From Macrostomum lignano (Eukaryota), in the NCBI GenBank assembly GCA_002269645.1, contig NIVC01000181.1, positions 124,001-188,000 of the forward strand: 64,000 bases of DNA. The letters are read 5' to 3'. Under the pieces are notes generated by a model. It did no database searches. It was not told the origin of the DNA and saw only the letters and a list, made by a program, of their open reading frames with translations. Shown piece after piece: positions 36,609-49,700 of the stretch. The translations under genes and the position numbers were made by a program. How positions within the stretch are numbered: the first letter of the stretch is position 1; every line of letters begins with the position of its first letter.

Positions 36609-39600
36609 CCAGACGCCAACCGGCCAAAACAGCGGCGGCCGCCGCCTGCCCGACTGGCTGCCGTGGCGCCTGCTGTCCCAGACGCGGCCATCCGAAAGCC
36701 GACGGCGCCGTCTTGCCCACGCCTCGGCCGTCTGCCTCCAGCTCGGCCTGCTGGCTCTGGCCGCCGCCGCTTCAGTCGGCAGTTGCTCCGGCGGAGGTGG
36801 CGGATCAAACTGGCGACTCCATCGGCACCTTCGCAGCGTCCTGTTCGACGGCGGTGGCCTCGGCCGCCAGGTGCCGTCGAACGCCACGCAGCCGTTGAGC
36901 TCCGCCCGCGACGCGGTTGCGTTCTGGCGCTGGTGCCGGCTGGCCCTGCTGCCCGGCCTCTACGGCACGGCCGGCCTGCTGAAGCCATCAGCGGGCGGGT
37001 CGGTCTTTGTCTACTCGCACGACGCCGCGCTTGTCTGGCCGTCAACTGCGCCGCCGCGTCTGCGACGACTTCGAGGCGCGTCGGTCGCCTGCCCGAAGAC
37101 GGTTGCGAGCGTCGTTGGTGGCAGCGGTTCCCCCGACTGTCTGGTCGATGATGCGGACCCGGCAGCTACGGGTGCAGCGGATGGCGCAGTTTCCGTGAGT
37201 CTTTGTTTGCTACATGCAGCTTCTTAGCTACAGTCTGTTTGCTATATGTATCTTCTGAGCTGCAGTCTTTGTTTGCTACATATAGCTTCTGAGCTGGAGT
37301 CTTTGTTTGCCAGCTTCTGAGCTGGAGTCTTTGTTTGCTGTACGTTTGCTGCTTTTGATCTGCAGTCTATTTGCTATATGTAGCTTCTTAGCTGCAGTCT
37401 TTGTTTCTGAGCTGCAGTCTTTGTTTGCCACATATAGCTCTGAGCTGGAGTCTTTGTTTGCTGCATATAGCTTCTGAGCTGGAGTCTTTGTTTGCCTCAT
37501 ATAGCTTCTGAGCTAGAGTCTTTGTGCGGCAGTTGACTGACGCAAGTCCAAGGCGACAGTCAACCCACAGCCAACAAAGAGGCAAGCAGTCAGGTTCATT
37601 CCGCTGCCTACTGAGCGCTCACACAGGGTGTAAAAAGGCAGTTCGCAGTTGCGAAGAAACATCGCAGTGGCAAATAAAGTGTAAAAATGCTATAACAGTT
37701 TTATGAACTACCGATGCACTTTAATAGTACATCTCGTAGTGATGCAGCGCATAATGCACGAAATTCCACAGATCGGCTGCGGCTATTTAATACCAGCCCG
37801 TCAGAGTCCGTTCCTTCACTGTCTGGGCCGGCCTCGCTACCTGGACTCGAACGTCACCGTTGCCATGGAAACCATCGATCAGCTAGCCCGCTCCGACTGG
37901 GCCTTCAATCGGCGCACCCGGGCAGTGGCCGTGGAGTTCTCGCTGTACCAGCCGGGCCATCGGCTGCTGGCAGTGTGCCAAGCTCTACTAGAGCTGCCCA
38001 CCATTGGTGCCGGCGTCTCCGAGCTCTACATCCGGGTGGCAACCGTGCGCGACTACGATCGCTGGCCAGTGGGAGACGCCCTGGCTCTGACGGCGGAGTT
38101 AGTAGCCCTGGTCACGGCATGCTTCCACGCCGGTCTGCTGCTTGTACTGGCGCTGCGGTCCGGTGCTGACCGTTTTTGGCGAGCCTTGACGCCGTGCGTT
38201 CTGCTGGGCACGGCCGCGGCCGCTTTTCTGGTGCTGCCGCTGCGGTGCGCCTTCAACACCGAAGCTGCCAGATGGCTGATGCTGAGGCCCTCATCTGTGG
38301 TTGTTGACGACGTTGACCATGCGTTTCCGACGATGCTGAGGGCGGTGGAATCGGCCGAGGTTTGAATGCTTTGATGTTTGTCTTGAGAGAAATAATCAAT
38401 GAAGTTGGTTGGCAATAGGGTAGGAAAGACAAGGCATGAGGTGAGTGTCGCGGGGTAGTAAAGATAAGGCGTGAGGTGGGTGTCGCGAGGGGTTGGAAAG
38501 TAAGGCGTGAGGTGGGTGTTGTGAGGGGTAGGAAAGATAAGGCGTGAGGTGGGTGTCGCGAGGGGAAGGAAAGATAAAGCGTGAGGTGGGTGTCGCGAGG
38601 GTGCGAGGGTTAGGAAAGTAAGGCGTGAGTTGGGTGTCGCGAGGGGTAGTAAAGATAAGGCGTGAGGTGGGTGTCGCGAGGGGAAGGAAAGATAAAGCGT
38701 GAGGTGGGTGTCGCGAGGGGTAGGAAAGTAAGGCGTGAGGTGGGTGTCGCGAGGGGTAGTAAAGATAAGGCGTGAGGTGGGTGTCGCGAGGGGTAGGAAA
38801 GATAAGACGTGAGGTGGGTGTCGCGAAGGGTAGGAAAGATAAGACGTGAGGTGGGTGTCGCGAAGGGTAGGAAAGATAAAAATTTTTCCGAGTTATTTAG
38901 ACTTTGTCTTATTTGTCTTTAAACTTATACTTAAAGATAAATTTACATCTACAAAGAAGCTGTATGCCCTTTACCGTAATGCTACTATCTTCTCCGTTGT
39001 GTTGTTTTCAGACATTTACTAGCCTCCTCTCCATCCTCATCCTACTGTTCTGCATACGCTTGGTCCAGTTTGTCCAGCCCTCTGTCCTATCAGCAATCTC
39101 TCTACGTCGATCATCCAGCAGCCTAAAAGGCGTAGCGGCTGCCGTCTTGCTGCTATCTGCGGCTGGCACAATGTCGCTGCTGGCCGATGCTCTGGGGGCT
39201 GCCAGGGAAGCGCCGCATGTGCCGAGTTTTTGCTCGCTATTGATGTCGCTACTAGCGGCTTCATCGCGTGAGTTATTTTGTTCGGGACTGCAATTTTTAC
39301 TTCTTTCTCTATCATTTACCCTTATACGGCTCGTGTATGTACTTTACTGTTGTAGGCATAGAGATCGAGTGCTAGGGTTTGTGTCTGAAAGGCCTGGATA
39401 GCCAGGGCGTGAGGTGGGTTTCGGAAAGGCCTGGATAGCCAGGGCGTGAGGTGGGTTTCGGAAAGGCCTGGATAGCCAGGGCGCGATTTGGGTGTCGGAA
39501 AGGCCTGAATAGCCAGGGCGTGAGGTGGGTTTCGGAAAGGCCTGAATAGCTAGGGTGTGAGGTGGGTTTCGGAAAGGCCTGGATAGCCAGGGTGTGAGGT

Positions 39601-40982
39601 GGGTTTCGGAAAGGCCTGGATAGCCAGGGTGTGAGGTGGGTTTCGGAAAGGCCTGGATAGCCAGGGCGTGAGGTGGGTGTCGGAAAGGCCGGGAGCCGGT
39701 GTCAAATCCGAGATCGAAATAGTAAGAATGCTACGATAGTCAATTTTCAAATCAAACCCCAAACCCTAAAAGTCCGCTCACGATGGGCAAGCTGGTTCTC
39801 CGGCGGGCCTCTGTCCATGGCGACGGCCCTTGTGCTGGCGGCGACCATCGTGAGCGGCTTCCTGCTGGCCTGCCTGTTCCTGGCCGTGCTGCTCCGAGAG
39901 CGTCGAGCGGCCCGGCAGGGGGCGCATCGAGCGGCGACTGTTGAAGAGGACGGCGAGGCGGAGCTGGGGAGCACCCTGCTGGCCGTGACTGGCAGCTGGC
40001 TGCGCCGCCTTCTGCACCGTCTGGTGCCGGATCCCAGGCTCAACCTGTTCGAAGATTATGTGCACAAAACTGAGAGTAAGGCTCATAACCTAACTGTGAT
40101 CACTAACTGTGACATTGTGACAATCTACCTCAAAGCACACATTCTTTTATCAACAGTCCACCTCAAAGCACTTACTCCATCCACCTCAAAGCACTCACTC
40201 CATCCACCTCAAAGCACTTACTCCATCCACCTCAAAGCACTCACTCCATCCACCTCAAAGCACTCACTCCATCCACCTCAAAGCACACACTCCATCCACC
40301 TCAAGCACTCACTCCATCCACCTCAAAGCACACACTCCATCCACCTCAAAGCACTCACTCCATCCACCTCAAAGCACACACTCCATCCACCTCAAAGCAC
40401 ACACTCCATCCACCTCAAAGCACACACTCCATCCACCTCAAGCACACACTCCATCCACCTCAAAGCACACACTCCATCCACCTCAAGCACTCACTCCATC
40501 CACCTCAAGCACTCACTCCATCCACCTCAAGCACTCACTCCATCCACCTCAAAGCACACACTCCATCCACCTCAAAGCACTCACTCCATCCACCTCAAAG
40601 CACTCACTCCATCCACCTCAAAGCACAAACTCCATTTGACTCAAAGCAGCTCAAAGCTTACCTGATCCACAATATCCCAGGCCGGGTCGCCAACAATCTG
40701 GAGAGAATATCGCTAATGCTTGAGCAGCTCCACTTGAGCATAGTGTGCCTGTACAGCGAGCACGACACGGACAGGGAGCTCGCAGACGAGCTGCTGACGG
40801 TGATGGAACAGCACAGCAGGCCAGTCAGGCTGGTGTTCCAGTCCGAGCATCCTACTGAATGGTCCGGCAAATGCTCAAGGAGTTCGAGGGCCAGCAGTGC
40901 GACTTCTGGAAGGACCAGCTTGCTGGGCCTGAGTCGCAGCGTGTCTGTTGCTGAGACCGAGGACACCGAGGCGAAAAACTGA
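36601..40982 (+). CDS. Divergent polycystin cation-channel protein (PKD2/PKD1L channel module), 677 aa; exons 36601-37194, 37805-38359, 39012-39267, 39773-40075, 40657-40982
   Basis: TOP-domain-like motifs FWRWCRLALLPGLY, PPRLRRLR..C and DWAFNRRTRAVAVEFSLYQP...LLELPTIG, plus several TM segments. The five exons join by GT-AG with consistent phases (2034 nt = 678 codons). The last acceptor (AAG) is weak and upstream exons are possible. Confidence 0.75.
37200..37520. repeat. Intronic minisatellite, ~34-bp unit (GCTGGAGTCTTTGTTTGCTACATATAGCTTCTGA)
   Basis: Polycystin intron 1, degenerate copies. Confidence 0.8.
38420..38880. repeat. Intronic minisatellite, 37-bp G-rich unit
   Basis: AAAGATAAGGCGTGAGGTGGGTGTCGCGAGGGGTAGG, about 12 copies, polycystin intron 2. 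Confidence 0.93.
39387..39690. repeat. Intronic minisatellite, 37-bp G-rich unit
   Basis: GAAAGGCCTGGATAGCCAGGGCGTGAGGTGGGTTTCG, about 8 copies, polycystin intron 3. Confidence 0.93.
40120..40630. repeat. Intronic minisatellite, 22-23-bp unit (TCCACCTCAAAGCACACACTCCA)
   Basis: Polycystin intron 4, about 21 copies. Confidence 0.95.
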
Positions 40983-41689
40983 TTGAGTGCTCAACAAAAA
41001 AGGACCGCAATTAAGATTAACAATTTCTTGTTGGAAGGGTAGAAGGAATGCAGGCGATTGATGTCTAATTTCGTTTCATTGTCTTCGAGCATGGGGCCAA
41101 AATGATCCGCAGTCCTCGTGTGGAATCGAACCTGGGTTCTTTAGCGCGAGAGAATCAGCTGTGGGGTGGGGCATGCCCCTCCTGTGCCCCTGTCCCCCTG
41201 TGCATCATTCATTGATCAATATGAGAAGATTGCTTCAACGCCAATAAGCTTTGAAAACCGTCTTGCTGTGTGCACAGTGACCTTTTTTATGAACAGTTTT
41301 ATATCAGATTATTCTTTTTAAATGCAGCAGTTTTCTATGCCAACAAGCTTACCATGCTACTTATAATGCTTATCTTTGAGTAGCATTTAAGCGTAGTAAA
41401 TCAACTTTTATTCACTTTTTTTCTCTTAGAAATGATCTCAATGAGCGCTGTTGTCTCCGAGTTGCAGATTGCCTTATAAATCGATATTTTTTTGTAGACA
41501 GAATCAAACAGAATTCACTTTCTATTCTAAACTTCTAAGCTACTAAAAGCTTTCTTATTAAGCATCTTCTTGGATTTGAGTTCTTTTCTCAAATGATAGA
41601 AATTAACCATTGAACTACGCTCGTAGCTATACTACTGATGAGTGATATCAGTAGGTAGATGCGAATGTAAAATAAAATTTTAGATGACA

Positions 41690-41995
41690 CCTGTTAGACA
41701 GAGGTGATACCTGTTAGACAATGGTGATACCTGTTAGACAGTAGTGATACCTGTTAGACAGTAGTGATACCTGTTAGACAGTGGCGATACCTGTTAGACA
41801 ATGGTGATACCTGTTAGACAGTGGCGATACCTGTTAGACAGTGGTGACGCCTGTTAGACAATGGTGATACCTGTTAGACAATGGTGATACCCGTTAGACA
41901 ATGGTGATACCCGTTAGACAATGGTGATACCCGTTAGACAATGGTGATACCTGTTAGACAATGGTGATACCTGTTAGACAGTGATGATACCTGCT
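41690..41995. repeat. Minisatellite, 20-bp unit (CCTGTTAGACAATGGTGATA)
   Basis: About 15 copies. Confidence 0.95.
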
Positions 41996-42504
41996 GAAAA
42001 CGGTGACATCTGCTCGAAAATGGTAACACCAATAACTCAAATATACTTTCTAGTCAAAACAAAAATCCTAAAATAGTTTATCCTTATTTTAGGCATTTTT
42101 ATCCTTACTAATCTGATTTTGCTTCGGAGAGCCTCCGAACTTTTGCAAACGACATGAAGTTGGACTTTGCACTTAGACTCAAGGGAAGCACCTGCGGTTG
42201 ATAAGAACACGAAAAGCACCAATATGAACCTCACAGATTGTATTCTGTGAAATTCTGTGGACTCACATTTGCTCCGACAACTTAATATTTGACAAGCACC
42301 TTTCTCCCTGCACAACTACAAATAAGAAAGTTCCAGGTGTGTCCTTTAAATTATACAGCTTTGCTTTAGAAATTTTCTGAAGCAGTAGAATAAATGCGCT
42401 TGTATTGTGATATAGAAAATTTTACTTACAAGAGACCTGACGAAGAGCCCAGAGGCTTAAAACCGGTAGTCTACTTTCAATTAAATAATTTACCACGCCG
42501 TGAC

Positions 42505-43145
<641 letters not shown>

Positions 43146-43667
43146 TCCATCTGATCTAATGGCCCGTCTCCTTGATCTCACAGCGTATAGATCGATAATG
43201 GCATTAATACTGACTGGTTGCCACGCCACATTGTGCAGAGGTTAAAAGAAAGCTCATCAGCCGAGCAGGAAAAGAAAGAGTTTGTTCCCAATGACAGTTT
43301 GGCTTAGCCAGTGGAAAGGAAACTCCTAAAGCCGTCCCCTTACGGGGGAGAGGGTAACTAGACGAGAAAAGAATTTAGCCAGCTAGCCCAAGCCACGGCC
43401 GCACTCGCATGCCTGTACTCGAGTCCTCCCTTCCTCTTGTGAATCACTTGCCAGTGCGCACATTACTTTCAACTGGAGATCAGCAATTAACCTTTGCATC
43501 GGAATATAATATCTCTGGCAGGGACATGCTGCACATAAACTACACATGCATGGACTAAATATCCCCCCCCCTGTTATTGTCGTTGTACACTGCCCTCGGA
43601 GGGCAAAAGCAAGTAAACATAAGGCAGAAATAGCAGTGAAAGGGTGAAGCGCACAGACAGAGTTGCA

Positions 43668-43669
<2 letters not shown>

Positions 43670-43731
<62 letters not shown>
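43670..43731. repeat. (GT)n microsatellite
   Basis: Direct inspection. Confidence 0.97.
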
Positions 43732-43734
<3 letters not shown>

Positions 43735-43995
43735 CTCGAAATCACGCCACCGTCTCGTGTGAGCACAGCAGGAGGGAGTGGTTCGGAGGGGGTAGGGTGG
43801 AGCGCCCATGACCGAAACGAGGCAGAGCATAAGAAGTATGATCGATTCCAGAGCTCTGTACTCAAAGCTGTATGCACAGTTGGAGGCAGACGGGTTGAGG
43901 GGCGTTTTAAACTATAAATTTGCATATAAATCAACTATTATAAGTAAAGCTTCCGACTTTCAACTTACTGGCTAAAGGCGACCCTAGACCAAGTA

Positions 43996-44009
43996 GTTAC
44001 CATGGCAAC
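43996..44009. promoter_or_regulatory. RFX X-box overlapping the DHCR7 ATG
   Basis: GTTACCATGGCAAC. Confidence 0.55.
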
Positions 44010-45335
44010 CAAACAGTTGAAACAAGCGGAAGGACCTTTGGTGCAATTTATCAACCGAACAGTCATACCGCTGCTGCTCATCCTGCTGGTTCCGCAGTCG
44101 GTGATGTACCTGTGGTACGCTTCAGTCCACTGTCAGGGCAGCCTGACCGAACTGGCAGATCGTCTGACCAATCGGGGTGGACCCGCGCTGGTCTGGGCGG
44201 CGGTGAGCGTCGCCAACCCGGCTGTCTACGCTGCCATCCTCGCCTTCTGCGCCTTCCAGGTGCTGCTGATGCTGCTGGTGCCGGGTAGGACCTGCTACGG
44301 CACCGAGACGCCCACAGGTCACGTGCCCGAGTACAAAGACAACGGATTCGCGTGCTACCTCATCACCATGGCAACGTTCCTAGCTGGCACGGTCTATCTG
44401 AAGCAGCGCGGCCTGACTCCGACAGTGATTTATGATTATTACGGCGACTTTCTGGCCTCCATGATTCTGCTGAGCTTGGCCTTCTGCTTGCTCCTGTGCG
44501 TCAAAGGCGTCCTGGCGCCGACATCGACTGATCACGGTCGGAGCGGCAACTACCTGTTCGACTATTACTGGGGCACCGAGCTCTACCCCAGAATATGCGG
44601 CATCGACATCAAGGTGTTCACCAACTGCCGCTTCGGTCTGACAGTCTGGGCCCTGGCTGTCGCTGTGTTCGCCTTGAAAAGCTACGAGTTGCACGGTCGA
44701 GTAGTTGACGGCATGGCGGTCACCGCAGCGCTGCAGCTGCTCTACCTCACCAAGTTCTTCTGGTGGGAGGCTGGCTATTATCGAACAATCGACATCATCA
44801 CCGACAGAGCCGGATTCTACATCTGCTGGGGCTGTCTGTGCTTCGTGCCGAGTTTCTACACCCTGGTGAGTCTGTTCATGGTGCGCCAGCCGGAGCCGGT
44901 GGGACCCGCGTGGACAGCCGCCCTGCTGGGCTTCGGTCTGGCCAGCCTGGCCGTCAACTACTGGAGCGATTGGCAAAAGCAGGCGGCCAGAGCCGCGGAC
45001 GGTCAGCTGAACATCTGGGGCCGGCCGGCGCGGGTGATCAGAGCCAAGTACAGCCTGGACAATGGCCAGGAGCGCCAGTCTGTACTGCTTGCAAGCGGAT
45101 TCTGGGCGGTGTCCCGGCATTTCCACTACATCCCGGAGCTCAGCCTGACCCTGTGCTGGTCAGCTGTGTGCGGAACTGGCTGCCACATCATCCCCTACAT
45201 GTACTTCGCGTTCCTCAGCGTACTGCTGTTCCATCGAAGCTTCCGCGACGATAAGAAATGCCGGGACAAGTACGGAAGTACTGGTCCGAGTACTGCAAAC
45301 TGGTGCCGTACAAGATTGTGCCGCTCCTGTTCTGA
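44002..45335 (+). CDS. DHCR7: Sterol delta-7 reductase (ERG4/ERG24 family, DWF5-type), intronless; apparent 1-nt frameshift at ~45276
   Basis: Motifs GTELYPRI, DIKVFTNCRFG, TKFFWWEAGY, DRAGFYICWGCL, SGFWAVSRHFHYIPE, RDDKKCRDKYG. Restoring one A gives the canonical end KYWSEYCKLVPYKIVPLLF* (TGA 45333-45335). Confidence 0.92.
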
Positions 45336-45979
45336 TTCCCTGCAATTCACGGCCAGCTGAAGCAGAAGGACGCTGCAGTCGGCTTTCTTAGAAATACGAC
45401 AAATACTTCAGTTGCTCGTTATGCAACCTTTCGTTATTAACTGATTTCATCTTGACTGTTTAACTAATGGCTTCTTCTTATCGAAAATATAGCGTTCTTA
45501 GTCCCAAAATAGTGAACTTTAAATGCGGCATGTTTTTTGTCGGTTTGTTACATTAGATTTTACACTACTAACAGTAGCTCAAGCGAAAAATGGTTGAAAA
45601 TGTTTTTTTTTAAACGGAAGTAACTGAAAGTAACTGAAATGCTTTTTTAAAAAAACTGTCACAGATAAACAGGAAAACGAGTTGATTTGCTAGCAGATCT
45701 GGGGGCTGCTAATTGGATTTTTTCTGCTTGCCTGGCCATCTCCTTTTCGCTGATGTCCTTTCCTGTCTGCGTCCGGGCCTGTCTTTTGCGCAAGGCCGAA
45801 CAGCAAGCCAAGAAGTCAATATCCGCCGCTGCCCAGTATTTACTAGAAATCCCTGTATATTCAATGTCAAAGTTAATTGAGCTCTGCCGAGAGAACCTCA
45901 ACACAATTTCTCCCAGCTGATTAGTTTCTACGGTAGCTCAGAGCAGGGTGAACCGGAGCTCATGATTCAAGAGTAGTTG

Positions 45980-46508
45980 CTGGGCAGTGAGCTCTCGCTA
46001 TGGGGTCAGCAACTGGGCAGTGAGCTCTCGCTATGGGGTCAGCAACTGGGCAGTGAGCTCTCGCTATGGGGTCAGCAACTGGGCAGTGAGCTCTCGCTAT
46101 GGGGTCAGCAACTGGGCAGTGAGCTCTCGCTATGGGGTCAGCAACTGGGCATTGAACTCTCTCGCTATGGGGTCAGCAACTGGGCATTGAACTCTCTCGC
46201 TATGGGGTCAGCAACTGGGCAGTGAGCTCTCTCGCTATGGGGTCAGCAACTGGGCAGTGAGCTCTCTCGCTATGGGGTCAGCAACTGGGCAGTGAGCTCT
46301 CTCGCTATGGGGTCAGCAACTGGGCAGTGAGCTCTCTCGCTATGGGGTCAGCAACTGGGCAGTGAGCTCTCTCGCTATGGGGTCAGCAACTGGGCAGTGA
46401 GCTCTCGCTATGGGGTCAGCAACTGGGCAGTGAGCTTTCGCTATGGGGTCAGCAACTGGGCAGTGAGCTCTCTCGCTATGGGGTCAGCAACTGGGCAGTG
46501 AGCTCTCG
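45980..46508. repeat. Minisatellite, 33/35-bp unit (CTGGGCAGTGAGCTCTCGCTATGGGGTCAGCAA)
   Basis: About 15 copies ending at a CAG directly before the ATG at 46512. Confidence 0.96.
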
Positions 46509-46712
46509 CAGATGGGAAATTGCATTAGAAGCCATTACCCTTATCCGGATCCTGTGCAGCAAGTTTATGGCCGGTGGCTGAATACTTCTCTTTCGCCTAA
46601 TTGGCCCCAAGACAGTGAGGCCAATCGCAGAAGCAGACCGCCCGCAAGCATAAAAGCCGGCAGTTTCCCAACTGGTTCAAACTTCGCAGAAGCTGCCGAG
46701 ATCGCAAAGACA

Positions 46713-49700
46713 ATGTACGGCATCCTACTTGAAGGAGTCCAGCACTATCTTGAGCACACCTATGGTGCTCAGGCTTGGGCAAAAATTCGTGAACTAGCCG
46801 AGTGTCGGCATCCCACATTCGAGACTCGACGCGGCTACAATGAGCATCTGCTGATGCAGCTTTTTGAGGCCGCATCCAGCCTCACTGGCCTGACAGTCGA
46901 TCAGCTGACATTTGAGAACGGCTGCTTCTTTGTCGGCTACCTGGCCAAGTACGGCTACGATAAAGTGCTGCGGGTCATGGGCCGCCACCTCAGGGACTTC
47001 TACCACGGCATTGACAATCTGCACGAGCACCTGCGCTTTTCATATCCGCGAATCCGACCGCCCACCTTCATTGTGGCCGACGAGAGTCCCACCGGTGCGG
47101 AGCGGGGTGGCTTGTAGCCTTCTAAACTCGACTGGCGCCTCTCTGTGTCTCACCTGGCGCTTATTTGTGTCTCACCTGTTCTGTCTCTGTGTCTCACCTG
47201 GCGCTTATTTGTGTCTCACCTGTTCTCTCTCTGTGTCTCACCTGGCGCTTATTTGTGTCTCACCTGTTCTCTCTCTGTGTCTCACCTGGCGCTTATTTGT
47301 GTCTCACCTGTTCTCTTTCTGTGTCTCACCTGTTCTCTCTCTGTGTCTCACCTGTTCTCTCTCTGTGTCTCACCTGTTCTCTTTCTGTGTCTCACCTGTT
47401 CTCTCTCTGTGTCTCACCTAACGCTTACCTGTGTCTCACCTGTTCTCTCTTTGTGTCTCACCTGGCGCTTATTTGTGTCTCACCTGTTATCTATCTGCGT
47501 CTCACCTGTTCTCTATCTGCTTCTCACCTGTTCTCTAATCTGCGTCTCACATGTTCTCTCTCTGTGTCTCACCTGTTCTCTCTCTATCTCAACTGGCGCT
47601 TATTTGTGTCTCACCTGTTCTCTCTCTGTGTCTCACCTGGCGCTTATTTGTGTCTCACCTGTTCTCTCTCTGTGTCTCACCTGTTCTCTCTTTGTGTCTC
47701 ACCTGGCGCTTATTTGTGTCTCACCTGTTATCTATCTGCGTCTCACCTGTTCTCTATCTGCTTCTCACCTGTTCTCTAATCTGCGTCTCACATGTTCTCT
47801 CTCTGTGTCTCACCTGTTCTCTCTCTATCTCAACTGGCGCTTATTTGTGTCTCACCTGTTCTCTCTCTGTGTCTCACCTGGCGCTTATTTGTGTCTCACC
47901 TGTTCTCTCTCTGTGTCTCACCTGTTCTCTCTTTGTGTCTCACCTGGCGCTTATTTGTGTCTCACCTGTTATCTACCTGCGTCTCACCTGTTCTCTATCT
48001 GCTTCTCACCTGTTCTCTAATCTGCGTCTCACATGTTCTCTCTCTGTGTCTCACCTGTTCTCTCTCTATCTCAACTGACGCTTATTTGTGTCTCACCTGT
48101 TCTCTCTCTGTGTCTCACCTGTTCTCTCTCTGTGTCTCACCTGTTCTCTCTCTGTGTCTCACCTGTTCTCTCTCTGTGTCTCACCTGTTCTCTCTCTGTG
48201 TCTCACCTGTTCTCTCTCTGTGTCTCAACTGGCGCTTATTTGTGTCTCACCTGTTCTCTCTCTGTGTCTCACCTGGCGTCTCTCTGCATCTCACCTGGCG
48301 TCTCTCTGTGTGTCACCTTGCGTCTCACGGTGTCTCACCTGGCGCTTCTCTTTGTCTCACCTGGTGCCTATTAGTCTCACCTGGAAGTCTTATAATGAAG
48401 CCGTGACAATACTACAATACTTATCTGACCATCTGAAATTCCTCAAGGCCACTGCTACTCCAGTTGTCAATGGTCTCATCTGGGGGGGGACATGCCTGAC
48501 GATTAGAAAGTCAGAGGACCCGCTGTACACCCGAAGGTGCTGCAAGCCGCCTTGACGCCCCCGACACCATTCCAGGCATGCGGATTCTGTACAAGACTCG
48601 CCGGCCCGGCTTCCAGCACTACGCCCGGGGCCAGCTGTACACCATAGCCAGAGTTCTCTACCAGCTGGAGCTGGACATTGGCCTCGTCGACAGTAGCCAG
48701 CAGGGCGCCTACAGCCTGTACGTGTACGAGCTCAGATTCGATAACGTGGCCTACTCGGGCGAGCACAGCACCGCTTATCGAATCATCGATCCCGATTCTT
48801 ACGTTGTGCCCTACAGGGACTTCATCACCCTGTTCCCTTACTACCTGGCCTTGGACAGGAGCTTGACAGTCAGCGCTGCTGGCAGCGGGTTTGCCAACAT
48901 CCTTGGCGAGGCTGCTGACGGGGTCCACTTTGGCATCAACTTCATGTTGATCAGGCCCTTCATCGACTGCTGCTGGGATGAGGTGAGACAGGCTGGCTGA
49001 GTCTGAAGTCTCATATCTGAGTTTATCTCACATCTGAATCTCACCCAGTCTCATCTCTGAAATCTCAACCAGTCTCACATCTGGAATCTCACCCAGTCTC
49101 ACATCTGGAATCTCACCCAGTCTCACATCTGGAATCTCACCCAGTCTCACATCTGGAATCTCACTCAGTCTCATCTCTGAAATCTCAACCAGTCTCACAT
49201 CTGGAATCTCACCCAGTCTCACATCTGGAATCTCACCCAGTCTCACATCTGGAATCTCACCCAGTCTCACATCTGGAATCTCACCCAGTCTCACATCTGG
49301 AATCTCACTCAGTCTCATCTCTGAAATCTCAACCAGTCTCACATCTGGAATCTCACCCAGTCTCACATCTGGAATCTCACCCAGTCTCACATCTGAAATC
49401 TCACCCAGTCTCACATCTGAAATCTCACCCAATCTCACATCTGGAATCTCACCCAATCTCACATCTGAAATCTCGCCCAATCTCACATCTGGAATCTCAC
49501 CCAGTCTCACATCTGGAATCTCACCCAATCTCACATCTGAAATCTCGCCCAATCTCACATCTGGAATCTCACCCAGTCTCACATCTGAAAGTGAGACATC
49601 TGGCTGCCTCACCTTGAAGCGGCTTAGGCAGACTTATTTCTAATCGATATTTCAGCATTACATGTACACAGCTTCAGCCAATAAAAGCAGCCCCTCAATT

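Noticed and set aside
40076-40665. His/Ser/Pro-rich tail of the 330-aa ORF 39673-40665
   Set aside because: Read-through past the donor at 40076 into the intron 4 minisatellite.
45687-45920. 77-aa ORF between DHCR7 and the sGC, and the idea of a DHCR7-sGC operon
   Set aside because: No homology signal and a non-ATG start; same-strand proximity alone does not support polycistronic or trans-spliced expression without transcript data.
47145-48555. Several long Cys/Leu/Ser-rich ORFs
   Set aside because: Translations of the intronic composite minisatellite.
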